Assembly: GCA_945877865.1 (NCBI GenBank)
Contig: CAMDVX010000001.1
Coordinates: forward strand, 18,728-82,727
DNA: 64,000 nt
Origin: Bifidobacterium breve
GTDB lineage: Bacteria > Actinomycetota > Thermoleophilia > Gaiellales > F1-60-MAGs149
Direction: 5' to 3'
Below, piece by piece: positions 63,269-64,000 of the stretch (its first letter is position 1; each line of letters begins with the position of its first letter). A program made the position numbers and the translations under genes. Below the pieces are notes generated by a model. The model was not told the DNA's origin, did not search any database, and saw nothing but the letters and a program-made list of their open reading frames with translations.

Positions 63269-63937
63269 TCAGCTTCCGGCGGCAGCGGCGTCCGCGATCA
63301 CGAGCGATCGGGGACCGACGACGCGCCCTGCGGGAATTGCCAGATCGCCGGCGAGCAGCTGCACGAGCGCCTCGCGCTTATCGGCGCCCGTGACGAGCCA
63401 GAGCAGCAGCCCGCAGTGCGTGAGGGCCGGATACGTCAGCGTCATCCGCTTGGTGCCTTGGTACGTCGTTGCCGTGAGCGCTACCCGGCGGTCTGCCACG
63501 TCGAGCACGTCATCGCCAGGCACGAGCGAGGCGGTGTGGCCATCTGGGCCGAGGCCGAGCTGAATGACGTCGATGATCGTGGGCAGCGCGCCAGCGTAGC
63601 GTGCCGCCGCCGCCACCAGGTCGGCGTCGTTGACGGGCATGGGGCAGATGGCAACGGGCACCGTCGGTCCGAGGCTGCCCTCAAGCGACGTCAGGTTGCG
63701 CTGCGGATCGCCCGCAGGCGCGATGCGTTCGTCGACCTGAAAGATCGAGGTCTCCACCCACGGCAGCTGCTCGTCGAGCAGGTCGGCGAACATGGCCTGT
63801 GGCGTTCGGCCTCCGCTAACCGCCAACGAGAATGCTCCGTGAGCGGCCACGGCTCGCCGCGCCTCCTCCGCTATCCGGGTTGCCGCCGCGCGAGCGGCCG
63901 CCGCAGCATCCGACGCCACCACGAGCTCGTGGTGCAT
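63269..63937 (-). CDS. pgl: 6-phosphogluconolactonase
   Basis: Motifs SLAVSGGRTP, FQVDER and LGLGPDGHTASL.PG. Confidence 0.88.
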   Translation of the reverse strand: MHHELVVASDAAAAARAAATRIAEEARRAVAAHGAFSLAVSGGRTPQAMFADLLDEQLPWVETSIFQVDERIAPAGDPQRNLTSLEGSLGPTVPVAICPMPVNDADLVAAAARYAGALPTIIDVIQLGLGPDGHTASLVPGDDVLDVADRRVALTATTYQGTKRMTLTYPALTHCGLLLWLVTGADKREALVQLLAGDLAIPAGRVVGPRSLVIADAAAAGS

Positions 63938-64000
63938 CAGTCCTTCCTCTCGGCGTGGCCGCCGAACTCGCTGCGCATCGCAGACAGCACCCGACCGGTG
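63937..64000 (-). CDS. 3' end of an upstream gene, possibly a 6-phosphogluconate dehydrogenase-like protein (partial)
   Basis: The reverse frame reads ...TGRVLSAMRSEFGGHAERKD*, with its TGA overlapping the pgl ATG. The LSAMR.EFGGH ending resembles the short Gnd-type C-terminus as I recall it. Only 21 codons are visible. Confidence 0.35.
   Translation of the reverse strand, partial: TGRVLSAMRSEFGGHAERKD

Noticed and set aside
1-64000. Search for integrase, transposase, phage or toxin-antitoxin genes, CRISPR arrays and rRNA
   Set aside because: No ORF shows the corresponding signatures (tyrosine-recombinase R..H..R..Y, DDE transposase motifs, Cas signatures), and no regularly spaced direct-repeat array is visible. 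The putative islets therefore lack recognisable mobility genes.

Overview
This 64 kb window is very high-GC chromosomal DNA with actinobacterial-type gene content (inferred from gene families and synteny; no database search was possible). About 58 protein genes and one tRNA can be supported. Most long reverse-frame ORFs in the supplied track are antisense shadows typical of high-GC DNA. I trimmed several ORFs to internal starts. Contents, left to right: (1) sufB-sufD and sufS-sufU, separated by an 8.2 kb opposite-strand block. That block encodes a 1350-aa protease with two S8 catalytic domains, a divergent HisD-family dehydrogenase, a secreted YVTN beta-propeller/FN3 protein, a minimal Cys-phosphatase and a small unknown. 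(2) A PucR regulator, a large polytopic membrane protein, dcd, and a membrane pseudokinase with a discoidin-like ectodomain. (3) A tightly coupled cell-wall signalling operon: STK-fhaA-fhaB-pstP-rodA-pbpA-pknB-ddl. (4) pdtaS-pdtaR-clpS. (5) A minus-strand run of envelope-glycan genes, headed by a ComA (phosphosulfolactate synthase) operon with two flavoproteins. (6) An OmpR/HK pair preceded by a secreted LTXXQ-repeat protein. (7) fabF and an O-antigen-ligase-like protein. (8) tmk-holB-ricT and a usp gene. (9) A tRNA-Thr(CGU) locus with an extra 5' half-copy and an extra 3' half-copy, bracketing a GH5-CBM2-CBM2 cellulase and a small secreted protein. (10) Miscellaneous redox and central-metabolism genes, including rpiA and pgl. 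I saw no CRISPR array, rRNA, transposase or integrase. The items most worth follow-up are the split-tRNA islets, the interrupted suf cluster with its dual-domain protease, the orphan ComA operon and the LTXXQ/two-component module.
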